Source: Verrucomicrobiota bacterium | GTDB taxonomy: Bacteria > Verrucomicrobiota > Verrucomicrobiia > Chthoniobacterales > UBA6821 | Length of the DNA: 7,835 bases | Direction: 5' to 3' | Assembly: GCA_008932965.1 (NCBI GenBank) | Contig: WBXG01000070.1 | Coordinates: forward strand, 1-7,835 | Part shown: piece by piece, positions 1 to 6,758 of the stretch | Position numbering within the stretch: position 1 is the stretch's first letter | How the letters are laid out: every line of letters begins with the position of its first letter | Made by a program: the position numbers and the translations under genes | The notes under the pieces: generated by a model | Told to the model about the DNA's origin: nothing | Database searches by the model: none | The model's input: only the letters and a program-made list of their open reading frames with translations

Positions 1-1
1 G

Positions 2-964
2 TATTCAATAATCACTCATCTTGCAAATAGTCCAACCTCTCCTGATCCTAAAATAGAATCACTTCAACGCCTATCTAGAATTTCAGTAGCGATGAAACTC
101 AATGAGCGCCCCAATAAAATCGAATTGATAGCAGAAAAACTGGAATACGATTACTCTCAACTAGCGACTTATCAAGAGAGAGTTCAAGCGCTACAAAGTA
201 AGATAGAGATAGCCCAACAAGTAGCAGCAGCAATAGGCGGGCAAATCAGAGAAGACGATCCTAGGTTAAGAAGCAGGGCACATCTCCTTAATGCGATCAC
301 TCATCAGTTTGATCTCATTGAAGCCAGAGTCGCTTCTGCCACAGTGTTACGCCCACCTTATGAAACACTCAGTGAAGACCAACAAGCCAATCTTTCAGCG
401 AATAAATGGCTCTGCATTAAAAAAGAAGCGCTGGCTCAAAGTGAAGAGCTATTAGCTCAAGCTTCATTTCTTGATCGTTTTAAACAGCCTTATTTAATTA
501 GAGCAGCAGAGGTGTTTCAAGAAATTGCCGAGGAAGCACAAAAACCAAATCCTAATCAAAAAAGCATTGATTTTTATACTCAGTCAGCAAGCTTCTATCA
601 ACAGGGTTCAAAGGCAGAGTATTATGAATCAAGGCTCCTTGGTCAAGCAGGGAATGCTCTTCATCAAGCAGGGAGTGCTTTTTCTCGTTCAGCTCAGGAA
701 GCACAAAAGCCAAATCCTAATCAACAAAGTATTAAGTTGTTTATTCAGTCAGCAAGCTTGCATCAACAGGCAGCAGAGGAAGCAGTTGAAGGTTTGAATA
801 AAAAAGCAGAGTACCTTAGTAATGCAGGGTATACTCTTTTTAGTGCAGCTCAGGAAGCACAAAAGCCAAATCCCGATCAACAAAGCATTCAGCATTACTT
901 AAAAAAAGCAGAAGATTGGAAAATTAGAGCTGAACAAACTGATCAAGCTTGTACTATTAGTTAG
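2..964 (+). CDS. Repeat-containing alpha-helical hypothetical protein, probably 5'-truncated by the window edge (TPR/SNAP-like repeat architecture is a guess)
   Basis: The ORF track starts at ATG 92. I translated the same frame back to position 2 and found no stop codon (YSIITHLANSPTSPDPKIESLQRLSRISVA-MKLNE...), so the gene may begin upstream of the window. TAG stop at 962-964. The C-terminal half carries three diverged 52-55 aa repeats built around AQEAQKPNPNQQSI. I recognise no enzyme motif. Confidence 0.6.
   Translation, partial: YSIITHLANSPTSPDPKIESLQRLSRISVAMKLNERPNKIELIAEKLEYDYSQLATYQERVQALQSKIEIAQQVAAAIGGQIREDDPRLRSRAHLLNAITHQFDLIEARVASATVLRPPYETLSEDQQANLSANKWLCIKKEALAQSEELLAQASFLDRFKQPYLIRAAEVFQEIAEEAQKPNPNQKSIDFYTQSASFYQQGSKAEYYESRLLGQAGNALHQAGSAFSRSAQEAQKPNPNQQSIKLFIQSASLHQQAAEEAVEGLNKKAEYLSNAGYTLFSAAQEAQKPNPDQQSIQHYLKKAEDWKIRAEQTDQACTIS
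527..889 (+). repeat. Three in-frame tandem coding repeats inside ORF1 (units start near 527, 692 and 848; periods 165 and 156 nt)
   Basis: Near-identical 42-nt cores GC(C/T)(G/C)AGGAAGCACAAAA(A/G)CCAAATCC(T/C)(A/G)ATCAA(A/C)AAAG(C/T)ATT lie at 527-568, 692-733 and 848-889. Units 1 and 2 also share TCAGTCAGCAAGCTT (580-594 and 745-759) and CATCAACAGG-type tails. The peptides are EEAQKPNPNQKSIDFYTQSASFYQQG, QEAQKPNPNQQSIKLFIQSASLHQQA and QEAQKPNPDQQSIQHYLKKAEDW. Confidence 0.85.
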
Positions 965-984
965 AGAGAAAAGATAAAATAATT

Positions 985-1200
985 TGACTGCGTCCCTACT
1001 GTCGTGCGTCAAAATACGCCCCTGGGTTGACTCGCTTGCTTCCACTCGTCTCGCTCTTTCAGGGCTGCCCCCTTAAAGCCAGGGCAGTCTCCCCCGCGGT
1101 CTCCCACCGCCGGTGGTCTCTGCATCAGGATTCGCAGCGCCTCGCGACGAACCAGTATGAAATATCCGGGTTAACCTCCAAGACTCTTTAAGAGAGCAGT
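985..1200 (-). ncRNA. ssrS: Candidate 6S-like RNA, copy 1 (expanded form); ends not determined
   Basis: This is the only GC-rich block in the window (1001-1150, about 64% G+C by hand count). It lies between two convergent gene ends, so it has no cis-regulatory target. The minus strand reads CCCGGAUAUUUCAUACUGG (1170->1152), and 12 nt match the E. coli 6S central-bubble sequence GAUAUUUCAUAC as I recall it. A long-range helix is present: UACUG (1157->1153) pairs with CAGUA (1001->997), UCGU (1150->1147) with ACGA (1005->1002), and GCG (1145->1143) with CGC (1008->1006). Internal hairpins lie at 1104-1116 (CCACC/GGUGG, 3-nt loop) and at 1065-1070/1082-1087 (CUGCCC/GGGCAG). It is adjacent to a ygfA-type gene. 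The strand call rests on the motif match and on homology to copy 2. I could not verify a closing stem by eye. Confidence 0.45.
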
Positions 1201-1204
1201 GTGA

Positions 1205-1873
1205 TTAGAAAACTAAAAGGGCATCCATCATGACATCATGGGGTTCACGAGGAACATTTCTGACTACGTGCCACGGCCATGCTGCTCCAACCTTCCAACC
1301 ACGCCACCGAGGATCACTCAAAAGACGATCATAAAAGCCACCACCACGTCCCAGTCTTCCGCCTCTATCATCAAAGGCAAGTCCTGGAATTACAGCTAAA
1401 TCGATCTCCTCGATAGATCCTACAGTCCAGGTATTGGGATCAGGCTCCTGAAGACCGTAAGAGCCGAAGACCCAGTATCTCTGCGAGGACCACTCATAGA
1501 GCGATAATTTATTTTTTTCAATACGAGGAAAAAAAAATCTTTTCTCTGAAAATATTTTCAAGCAACTCAAAAGATCTGGCTCCTCAGGTAGGGGTGCATA
1601 GAGAAGGATCGAGGAGGCTTCTTCCCATTGAGGAAGGGTGAGGAATTTTTTTTCAAAAAGAGGCTTGCTGCTTTTTGAGGCACTTTTTTTTTTCTGATTT
1701 TTTTTTAATAGAAGCCGCATCTCACTTCGTAGCAGTTGTTTTTGTTTTGAAATAGTTAACCCACCTATTTCATGCCGATCACCTGAGGAGGTTGGGAAGC
1801 CAGATGGATACTGCGTTGAGCTCGAAGTCTTTTTCTGGCGGTAAGGGCTCACCCCTATATCGTCGGACTTCAT
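1205..1873 (-). CDS. ygfA: 5-formyltetrahydrofolate cyclo-ligase (MTHFS/YgfA family)
   Basis: The C-terminal region has the family signature GRLGRGGGFYDR, preceded by AVIPGLAFD. This is comparable to E. coli YgfA (PLVAFD...GQRLGMGGGFYDR, from memory). The maximal ORF runs to ATG 1945 (246 aa). I place the start at the internal ATG 1871-1873 (Met25, giving 222 aa) because AAGGAG (complement of 1878-1883) sits 4 nt upstream of it. The first 24 residues are not family-like. The region before the catalytic domain is Lys/Ser-rich and low-complexity. TAA stop at 1205-1207. Confidence 0.85.
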   Translation of the reverse strand: MKSDDIGVSPYRQKKTSSSTQYPSGFPTSSGDRHEIGGLTISKQKQLLRSEMRLLLKKNQKKKSASKSSKPLFEKKFLTLPQWEEASSILLYAPLPEEPDLLSCLKIFSEKRFFFPRIEKNKLSLYEWSSQRYWVFGSYGLQEPDPNTWTVGSIEEIDLAVIPGLAFDDRGGRLGRGGGFYDRLLSDPRWRGWKVGAAWPWHVVRNVPREPHDVMMDALLVF

Positions 1874-1982
1874 CGCTCTCCTTTTTTCATTAGCATTCGC
1901 GGGCTCCTTGTCACAATTAGAATGAAATATGTGGGTTAATGACATCTCAAGTAATACTCTATTGAAACGTGATGAGTGGCCG

Positions 1983-2010
1983 TTGACGACCTCTTTTTTA
2001 TCTCTATAGT
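1983..2010 (+). promoter_or_regulatory. Candidate sigma70-type promoter for mnmA (TTGACG - 16 nt - TATAGT)
   Basis: -35 TTGACG at 1983-1988, a 16-nt spacer, and -10 TATAGT at 2005-2010. Only 9 nt separate the -10 element from the mnmA ATG at 2020, which implies a leader of a few nt at most. This is a sequence match only. Confidence 0.3.
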
Positions 2011-2019
2011 AAGTTGGCT

Positions 2020-3168
2020 ATGAATAAGCACCCTGAACAATCCGAGTCTACTTCCAAAAAACGTGTCATTATTGGTATGAGCGGGGGTGTGGATTCGAGT
2101 GTTGCGGCCTACTTGCTCCAGCAAGAGGGATGGGATGTTGTGGGGGTGACGATGAAACTCTGGCCTCAGGATTGTATGTCCCGTGCTGAAGATAAATGCT
2201 GTGGTCCCCAAGCCATTGCTGATGCTCGCAGTGTGGCCCATGCACTTGGGATTCCTCATTACGTGATTGATGAAGCGGTCCCTTTTGAAAAGCTGGTGAT
2301 CGATTATTTTTCTGAAGAATACAAACGGGGTCGTACTCCCAATCCCTGTGTCATGTGTAATGAAAAATTAAAATTTGGGAATCTCTGGGATAAAGCTACC
2401 TCACTTGGAGCTCACTATATTGCTACGGGTCACTACGCAATTATTGAGCATGCACAGGGGAAGGCCACCTTGCGCAAAGGCTTGGATGAGACCAAAGACC
2501 AATCCTATTTTTTATTTAGCCTACGTCAGCCTCAACTCCAGCGTGCCCTCTGCCCCCTCGGAAAACTCACTAAAAAAGAGATTCGAGCTATTGCACGAAA
2601 ACTAGGTCTTAAGGTTGCAGAAAAAGAGGATAGTCAAGAAATCTGTTTTGTTCCTGGAAAAGATTATAAAGCATTTTTGCGCAGTCGGGGTGATATCTTT
2701 CAACCAGGTGGTTTCTATGATACCGAAGGAAACTATCTTGGTGAGCATGATGGTATCGAGCTTTTCACAGTAGGTCAGCGCAAAGGTCTTCCTGGAGGTT
2801 CTCCGTACCCTCTCTATGTCGTGGCTATTGATGCCAAAGAAAAAAGAGTCATTCTTGGAAAAGAGAGTGATCTTCTCTCTGAAACCTTTGAAATAGATCG
2901 TCTCAATTGGTTAGAAGAAGTGCCTCCGGCCTTCCAGGAAATTTCAGTTCGTGTTCGCCATGGTCACGAAGGAGCACGTGCTACTATCCTTTCTCATGAT
3001 GAAGATCATGCCGTCGTTCTCCTTGCAGAGCCACTCCGAGCGGTGACTCCAGGACAAGCAGCTGTTTTTTATGATGGTGATTTGGTCCTAGGAGGAGGAT
3101 GGATTAGGAAGCGCTCGGCACCAGCAAACACTCAGCTTTCGGAAAATTTAAAAGAAGTTACCGTGTAA
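2020..3168 (+). CDS. mnmA: tRNA-specific 2-thiouridylase MnmA (tRNA 5-methylaminomethyl-2-thiouridine synthesis)
   Basis: PP-loop motif VIIGMSGGVDSS near the N-terminus. Catalytic cysteine contexts TPNPCVMCN and SQEICFV are present, followed by HYATGHYA-like ATGHYAII. Length is typical for the family. The track ORF starts at TTG 2014 (MAM...); I prefer the ATG at 2020 (MNKHPEQ...). TAA stop at 3166-3168. Confidence 0.95.
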   Translation: MNKHPEQSESTSKKRVIIGMSGGVDSSVAAYLLQQEGWDVVGVTMKLWPQDCMSRAEDKCCGPQAIADARSVAHALGIPHYVIDEAVPFEKLVIDYFSEEYKRGRTPNPCVMCNEKLKFGNLWDKATSLGAHYIATGHYAIIEHAQGKATLRKGLDETKDQSYFLFSLRQPQLQRALCPLGKLTKKEIRAIARKLGLKVAEKEDSQEICFVPGKDYKAFLRSRGDIFQPGGFYDTEGNYLGEHDGIELFTVGQRKGLPGGSPYPLYVVAIDAKEKRVILGKESDLLSETFEIDRLNWLEEVPPAFQEISVRVRHGHEGARATILSHDEDHAVVLLAEPLRAVTPGQAAVFYDGDLVLGGGWIRKRSAPANTQLSENLKEVTV

Positions 3169-3188
3169 AAAAGAGTCATTTCACTGTG

Positions 3189-3220
3189 TCATGATTGTTC
3201 TTCTTCGCCTTCAATCATGG
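3189..3220 (+). other. Inverted repeat/hairpin in the mnmA-ribBA spacer
   Basis: CATGATTG (3190-3197) is the exact reverse complement of CAATCATG (3212-3219), with a 14-nt loop and a possible extra U-G pair at 3189/3220. It is followed by an A-run rather than a U-run, so it is not a canonical intrinsic terminator. Function unknown. Confidence 0.2.
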
Positions 3221-3238
3221 TAAAAACATATCATTCCA

Positions 3239-4525
3239 ATGAACCACCAAGCAGATATCAACGCTCCATCAATCGATCAAGAGCACCCCATCACAACGCA
3301 TGACCAGAGCTTTGATTCCATCGAAGAGATCATTGAAGAAATACGTGATGGAAAAATGGTGATTGTTTCTGATGATGAAGATCGAGAAAATGAGGGGGAT
3401 CTCATTATGGCGGCAGCCAAGGCTACGGCAGCGGATATCAACTTTATGGCTCGCTACGGTCGAGGACTCATTTGTGCACCGATTACAAAAGAACGAGCTG
3501 AGCAGCTTCAACTTCCTCCCATGGTGATACACAATCGGGAAATGCATAAAACCGATTTCACTGTCTCCGTTGATGCGACGCATAGTACCTCCACGGGTAT
3601 TAGTGCTCATGATCGTGCTGTTACAATTCAGATTTTAGCCTCTTCAACGACCCATCCTGAGGAATTACGACAACCAGGACATATTTTTCCATTGCAAGCA
3701 GCTGCTGGAGGTGTCTTGCGTCGAGTAGGTCACACGGAAGCAGCTGTTGATTTAGCTCGGCTTGCAGGATTGGACCCCTCTGGTGTTCTTTGTGAAATCC
3801 TAAATGAAGATGGCACAATGGCACGTCTTCCTGACTTACTTCGATTTAAAAAAGAACATCGACTCAAGATGTGTTCTATTCGTGACTTAATTGCCTATCG
3901 ACGTATGAGAGAAAAGCTCGTGACACGTGAAGAGGAAATTTTTCTTCCCACAGAGTATGGAGATTTTCAACTTTTTTTATACCGAGCAGCGCTTGCTGAC
4001 TCGGATCAACAGCATCATCTTGCGCTAGTCAAAGGCCCTATTGATTCCTCAAAGCCAGCATTGGTCAGGGTCCACAGTGAATGTTTTTCGGGAGATATTT
4101 TTGGATCACAGCGTTGTGATTGTGGACCACAGCTTCATATAGCTCTCAAACAGATTCAAGAAAGTGGTCATGGGGTTCTTGTCTATATGCGGCAAGAGGG
4201 GCGGGGTATTGGACTTGCTGCTAAGATTCATGCTTATAAATTACAAGAAGAAGGACTCGATACGGTTGAAGCTAACATGAAGCTGGGGTATCCCATGGAT
4301 CTTCGTGACTACGGTTTAGGTGCTCAAATTCTTGTGGATCTTGGTGTCCGTAAGATGCGTCTTTTAACTAACAATCCTAAAAAAGTCGTCGGTCTTCATG
4401 GCTTTGGAATAGAAATCATGGAGCGACTTCCTATTTTAACAGATGCGAATCAACACAATGCTTCTTATCTTGAAACAAAAAAAGAAAAGATGGGCCATTT
4501 TCTAAGCCATCTCATAAAAAAGTAA
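3239..4525 (+). CDS. ribBA: Bifunctional 3,4-dihydroxy-2-butanone-4-phosphate synthase / GTP cyclohydrolase II (riboflavin biosynthesis)
   Basis: The N-terminal half has DHBP synthase motifs ([25 protein letters not shown]). The C-terminal half has the GTP cyclohydrolase II zinc motif [24 protein letters not shown] and the ...RQEGRGIGL... segment. At 428 aa it is typical of fused RibBA. ATG 3239, TAA stop at 4523-4525. Confidence 0.95.
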   Translation: MNHQADINAPSIDQEHPITTHDQSFDSIEEIIEEIRDGKMVIVSDDEDRENEGDLIMAAAKATAADINFMARYGRGLICAPITKERAEQLQLPPMVIHNREMHKTDFTVSVDATHSTSTGISAHDRAVTIQILASSTTHPEELRQPGHIFPLQAAAGGVLRRVGHTEAAVDLARLAGLDPSGVLCEILNEDGTMARLPDLLRFKKEHRLKMCSIRDLIAYRRMREKLVTREEEIFLPTEYGDFQLFLYRAALADSDQQHHLALVKGPIDSSKPALVRVHSECFSGDIFGSQRCDCGPQLHIALKQIQESGHGVLVYMRQEGRGIGLAAKIHAYKLQEEGLDTVEANMKLGYPMDLRDYGLGAQILVDLGVRKMRLLTNNPKKVVGLHGFGIEIMERLPILTDANQHNASYLETKKEKMGHFLSHLIKK

Positions 4526-4572
4526 GCCTGCTCCTAAAGTCTCCAAAAATCGAAAACCCCTCTATTATATTT

Positions 4573-6342
4573 ATGCATTATCGCGATTGTTCCTGTGGCT
4601 CGTTACGTGTTGAAGATATCGGTAGATCTGTGACCCTAAGTGGTTGGGTCGCATCTCGTCGAGATCATGGAGGTGTTATTTTTATTGATCTGCGTGATCG
4701 TGAAGGAATGACACAAATCGTCTTTCGTCCTGAACACCATCCCAAAGCAGCATCAGAGGCCCATTCTTTGCGATCTGAGGATGTGATTACTATTCATGGA
4801 GAGGTAGTCGCCCGTCTTAAAGGCACAGAAAATAGTGATCTCCTAACTGGTGCTGTAGAACTTGTAGCCTCAACATTACATGTTCTCAATCGTTCTGAAG
4901 TCCCTCCTTTTCCCATGGAAGAGCGGATTGGCAATGAAGATCTTCGTTTGACCTATCGCTATCTTGATTTACGTCGCCCTGAGATGACCGCTAATATTCG
5001 TTTGCGCCATCGTGTGACAAAAATAATTCGCGATGTGCTCGATGAGGAGGGTTTTTGGGAAATAGAAACTCCGATTCTTTGTAATAGCACTCCGGAGGGA
5101 GCCCGTGATTTTCTTGTTCCTGCACGCCTTTCCCCAGGAAAATTCTATGCCCTTCCTCAAGCACCCCAGCAATACAAGCAGCTTCTCATGGTTGGTGGTG
5201 TCGATCGTTATTTTCAAATTGCACGGTGTTTCCGTGATGAGGATTTAAGGTCCGATCGGCAACCGGAATTCACACAGGTCGATCTTGAAGCTTCCTTTAT
5301 TTCAGACGAAAAGATCTTTGCTCTTATCGAAAAGATGTTTCAAAAAGTCTTTCGTGAGGCACGCGGTATTGAAATCAAGACTCCTTTTCTTCGAATGACG
5401 CATCAAGAAGCGATGAACCGTTTCGGAAGTGACAAGCCCGATATGCGCTTTAAAATGGAGTTGCAGGATATCAGCTCTATTTTTTCGAAAACCGAATTTA
5501 AGGTTTTTCGTGGTGCGCTCGATAATGTTGGGGTCATTAAAGCAATCAATGCAAAAGGATTTGCCTCTATTACCTCGGGGCAGATAGAGACATTGACCGA
5601 GGTAGCAAAGAGCGCTGGTGCAAAAGGACTCGCTTTTATCAAAGTAGAAAATGGTGAATGGAAATCACCGATCGTCAAGTTCTTCACTGAGACTGAAAAA
5701 GCGGAACTCTCAAAACAGCTCAAGATGGAAGAGGGAGATCTCATTCTTTTTGGTGCTGATCATTGGGAAACCGCTTGCACAGCCCTTGGACGGGTTCGCT
5801 TAAAAGTAGCAGAGTGCCAAAAAATTCCTATTGATCGTGAGGCGCTTGCCTTTCTTTGGGTTGTCGATTTTCCTTTGCTCAGTTACTGCGAGGAGGAAAA
5901 TAGATGGAACGCAGTGCACCATCCCTTCACCCGTCCCAAGGCTCAAGATGAAGAACTCCTCCTTACCGGAAGATTAGGAGAGGTGCGTGCAGAGGCCTAT
6001 GACATTGTTCTTAATGGTGTGGAAATTGGAGGAGGAAGTTTGCGAATCCATGAGCGTGATTTGCAGGCACGTATTTTTGCAGCATTAGGAATCAATGAAG
6101 TTCAACAAAAAGAACTCTTCGGCCACCTTCTTAATGCCTTTCATTATGGGGCTCCTCCACATGGTGGTATTGCCCTTGGACTCGATCGTCTTATTTCACT
6201 CTTAGCATATGAAGAGTCGATTCGAGATGTGATTGCCTTCCCAAAAAATAATCGTGGAATGGAACTCATGACTGGATCACCCTCTCCTGTTGATGAAAAA
6301 GAACTTCGAGTTCTCTCCATTGCCTCCACATCAAAGAAATAA
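4573..6342 (+). CDS. aspS: Aspartate--tRNA ligase (bacterial-type class IIb aaRS; discriminating versus non-discriminating not decidable here)
   Basis: N-terminal OB-fold signature CGSLRVEDIGRSVTLSGWVASRRDHGGVIFIDLRDREG. Class II motif 2 is FQIARCFRDEDLRSDRQPEFTQVD. Also present are GGGSLRIH and motif 3 GGIALGLDRL. At 589 aa it includes the bacterial insertion domain. Confidence 0.97.
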   Translation: MHYRDCSCGSLRVEDIGRSVTLSGWVASRRDHGGVIFIDLRDREGMTQIVFRPEHHPKAASEAHSLRSEDVITIHGEVVARLKGTENSDLLTGAVELVASTLHVLNRSEVPPFPMEERIGNEDLRLTYRYLDLRRPEMTANIRLRHRVTKIIRDVLDEEGFWEIETPILCNSTPEGARDFLVPARLSPGKFYALPQAPQQYKQLLMVGGVDRYFQIARCFRDEDLRSDRQPEFTQVDLEASFISDEKIFALIEKMFQKVFREARGIEIKTPFLRMTHQEAMNRFGSDKPDMRFKMELQDISSIFSKTEFKVFRGALDNVGVIKAINAKGFASITSGQIETLTEVAKSAGAKGLAFIKVENGEWKSPIVKFFTETEKAELSKQLKMEEGDLILFGADHWETACTALGRVRLKVAECQKIPIDREALAFLWVVDFPLLSYCEEENRWNAVHHPFTRPKAQDEELLLTGRLGEVRAEAYDIVLNGVEIGGGSLRIHERDLQARIFAALGINEVQQKELFGHLLNAFHYGAPPHGGIALGLDRLISLLAYEESIRDVIAFPKNNRGMELMTGSPSPVDEKELRVLSIASTSKK

Positions 6343-6380
6343 AACTTCTAGAGCCGTTTATTTTTTCTCACTTGTGATCT

Positions 6381-6758
6381 ATGCCTCAAAAACCACAACT
6401 GCTTCCAGGATTTACGGCAACATTAGATCGCTTGGTCTATGATCCGGAGCGGGGGGCTCATTTAGAAAAGCCCCATCTCTTTATTTATTTCATTACGATT
6501 CATAATAAAAGTGATCAAGCTCTTACCGTGAAAGGAAGAAAGTGGGTGGTGCGAGAAGCCAACGGAGAAGTGATGATACTGGAGGGAGAGGGAGTGGTTG
6601 GCTCTTTTCCTCATTTAAAGCCTGGAGAAAAATTCTCCTACAACAGCTGTCACACGACCCATGGAGCTGCTATTGCAGAGGGGTCCTATCTTGGACTTAC
6701 CGACTTAGGAGAGGCTGTAATAGCACCTATTCATTCTTTTGAACTTGTTCCCGAATAA
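6381..6758 (+). CDS. apaG: ApaG (DUF525) family protein
   Basis: 125 aa, the same length as E. coli ApaG. The conserved core GEGVVGSFPHLKPGEKFSYNS matches the ApaG pattern GEGVVG-x-P-x-L-x-PGE-x-(F/Y)-x-Y-x-S as I recall it. ATG 6381, TAA stop at 6756-6758. Confidence 0.85.
   Translation: MPQKPQLLPGFTATLDRLVYDPERGAHLEKPHLFIYFITIHNKSDQALTVKGRKWVVREANGEVMILEGEGVVGSFPHLKPGEKFSYNSCHTTHGAAIAEGSYLGLTDLGEAVIAPIHSFELVPE

Noticed and set aside
527-889. The periodic near-identical 42-nt repeats could be a CRISPR-like or other non-coding tandem array.
   Set aside because: The repeats are in frame within a long ORF. The spacing (165 and 156 nt) and the conserved flanking codons show protein-level repeat units. 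There is no repeat-spacer architecture and there are no cas genes.
1001-1150. The GC-rich structured block could be a riboswitch or leader (for example cobalamin-like), or a bidirectional terminator.
   Set aside because: It lies between two convergent gene 3' ends, so there is no downstream gene to regulate on either strand. I see no B12-box or other riboswitch core. The hairpins are not followed by U-runs on either strand, and 150+ nt is far larger than a terminator.
1512-1706. Multiple long homopolymer tracts lie inside the cyclo-ligase gene (T7 1512-1518, A9 1529-1537, T8 1646-1653, T10 1684-1693, T9 1698-1706) and could be slipped-strand phase-variation switches.
   Set aside because: Similar T7-T9 runs occur in the AraC gene (7035-7042, 7246-7252, 7283-7289, 7398-7406). 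All are read in frame as Lys or Phe runs, so this looks like a genome-wide compositional habit. Variation cannot be judged from a single sequence.
2014-2019. TTG 2014 is given in the ORF track as the mnmA start.
   Set aside because: An ATG lies two codons downstream (2020), and the candidate -10 box ends at 2010. The N-terminus before the PP-loop is not conserved either way, so I prefer the ATG. The difference is 2 aa.
1936-2259. A 107-aa minus-strand ORF and other track ORFs lie nested inside or antisense to confident genes (525-797, 2375-2605, 3269-3610, 3621-3824, 4969-5217, 5403-5744, 6144-6329, 6542-6742).
   Set aside because: All lie within genes that have strong family motifs in another frame or strand. 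Their translations are low-complexity or motif-free. They are typical shadow ORFs.
3169-3238. An FMN (RFN) riboswitch might be expected upstream of ribBA.
   Set aside because: The spacer is only 70 nt and lacks the conserved RFN multi-stem core. It is too short to hold the element.
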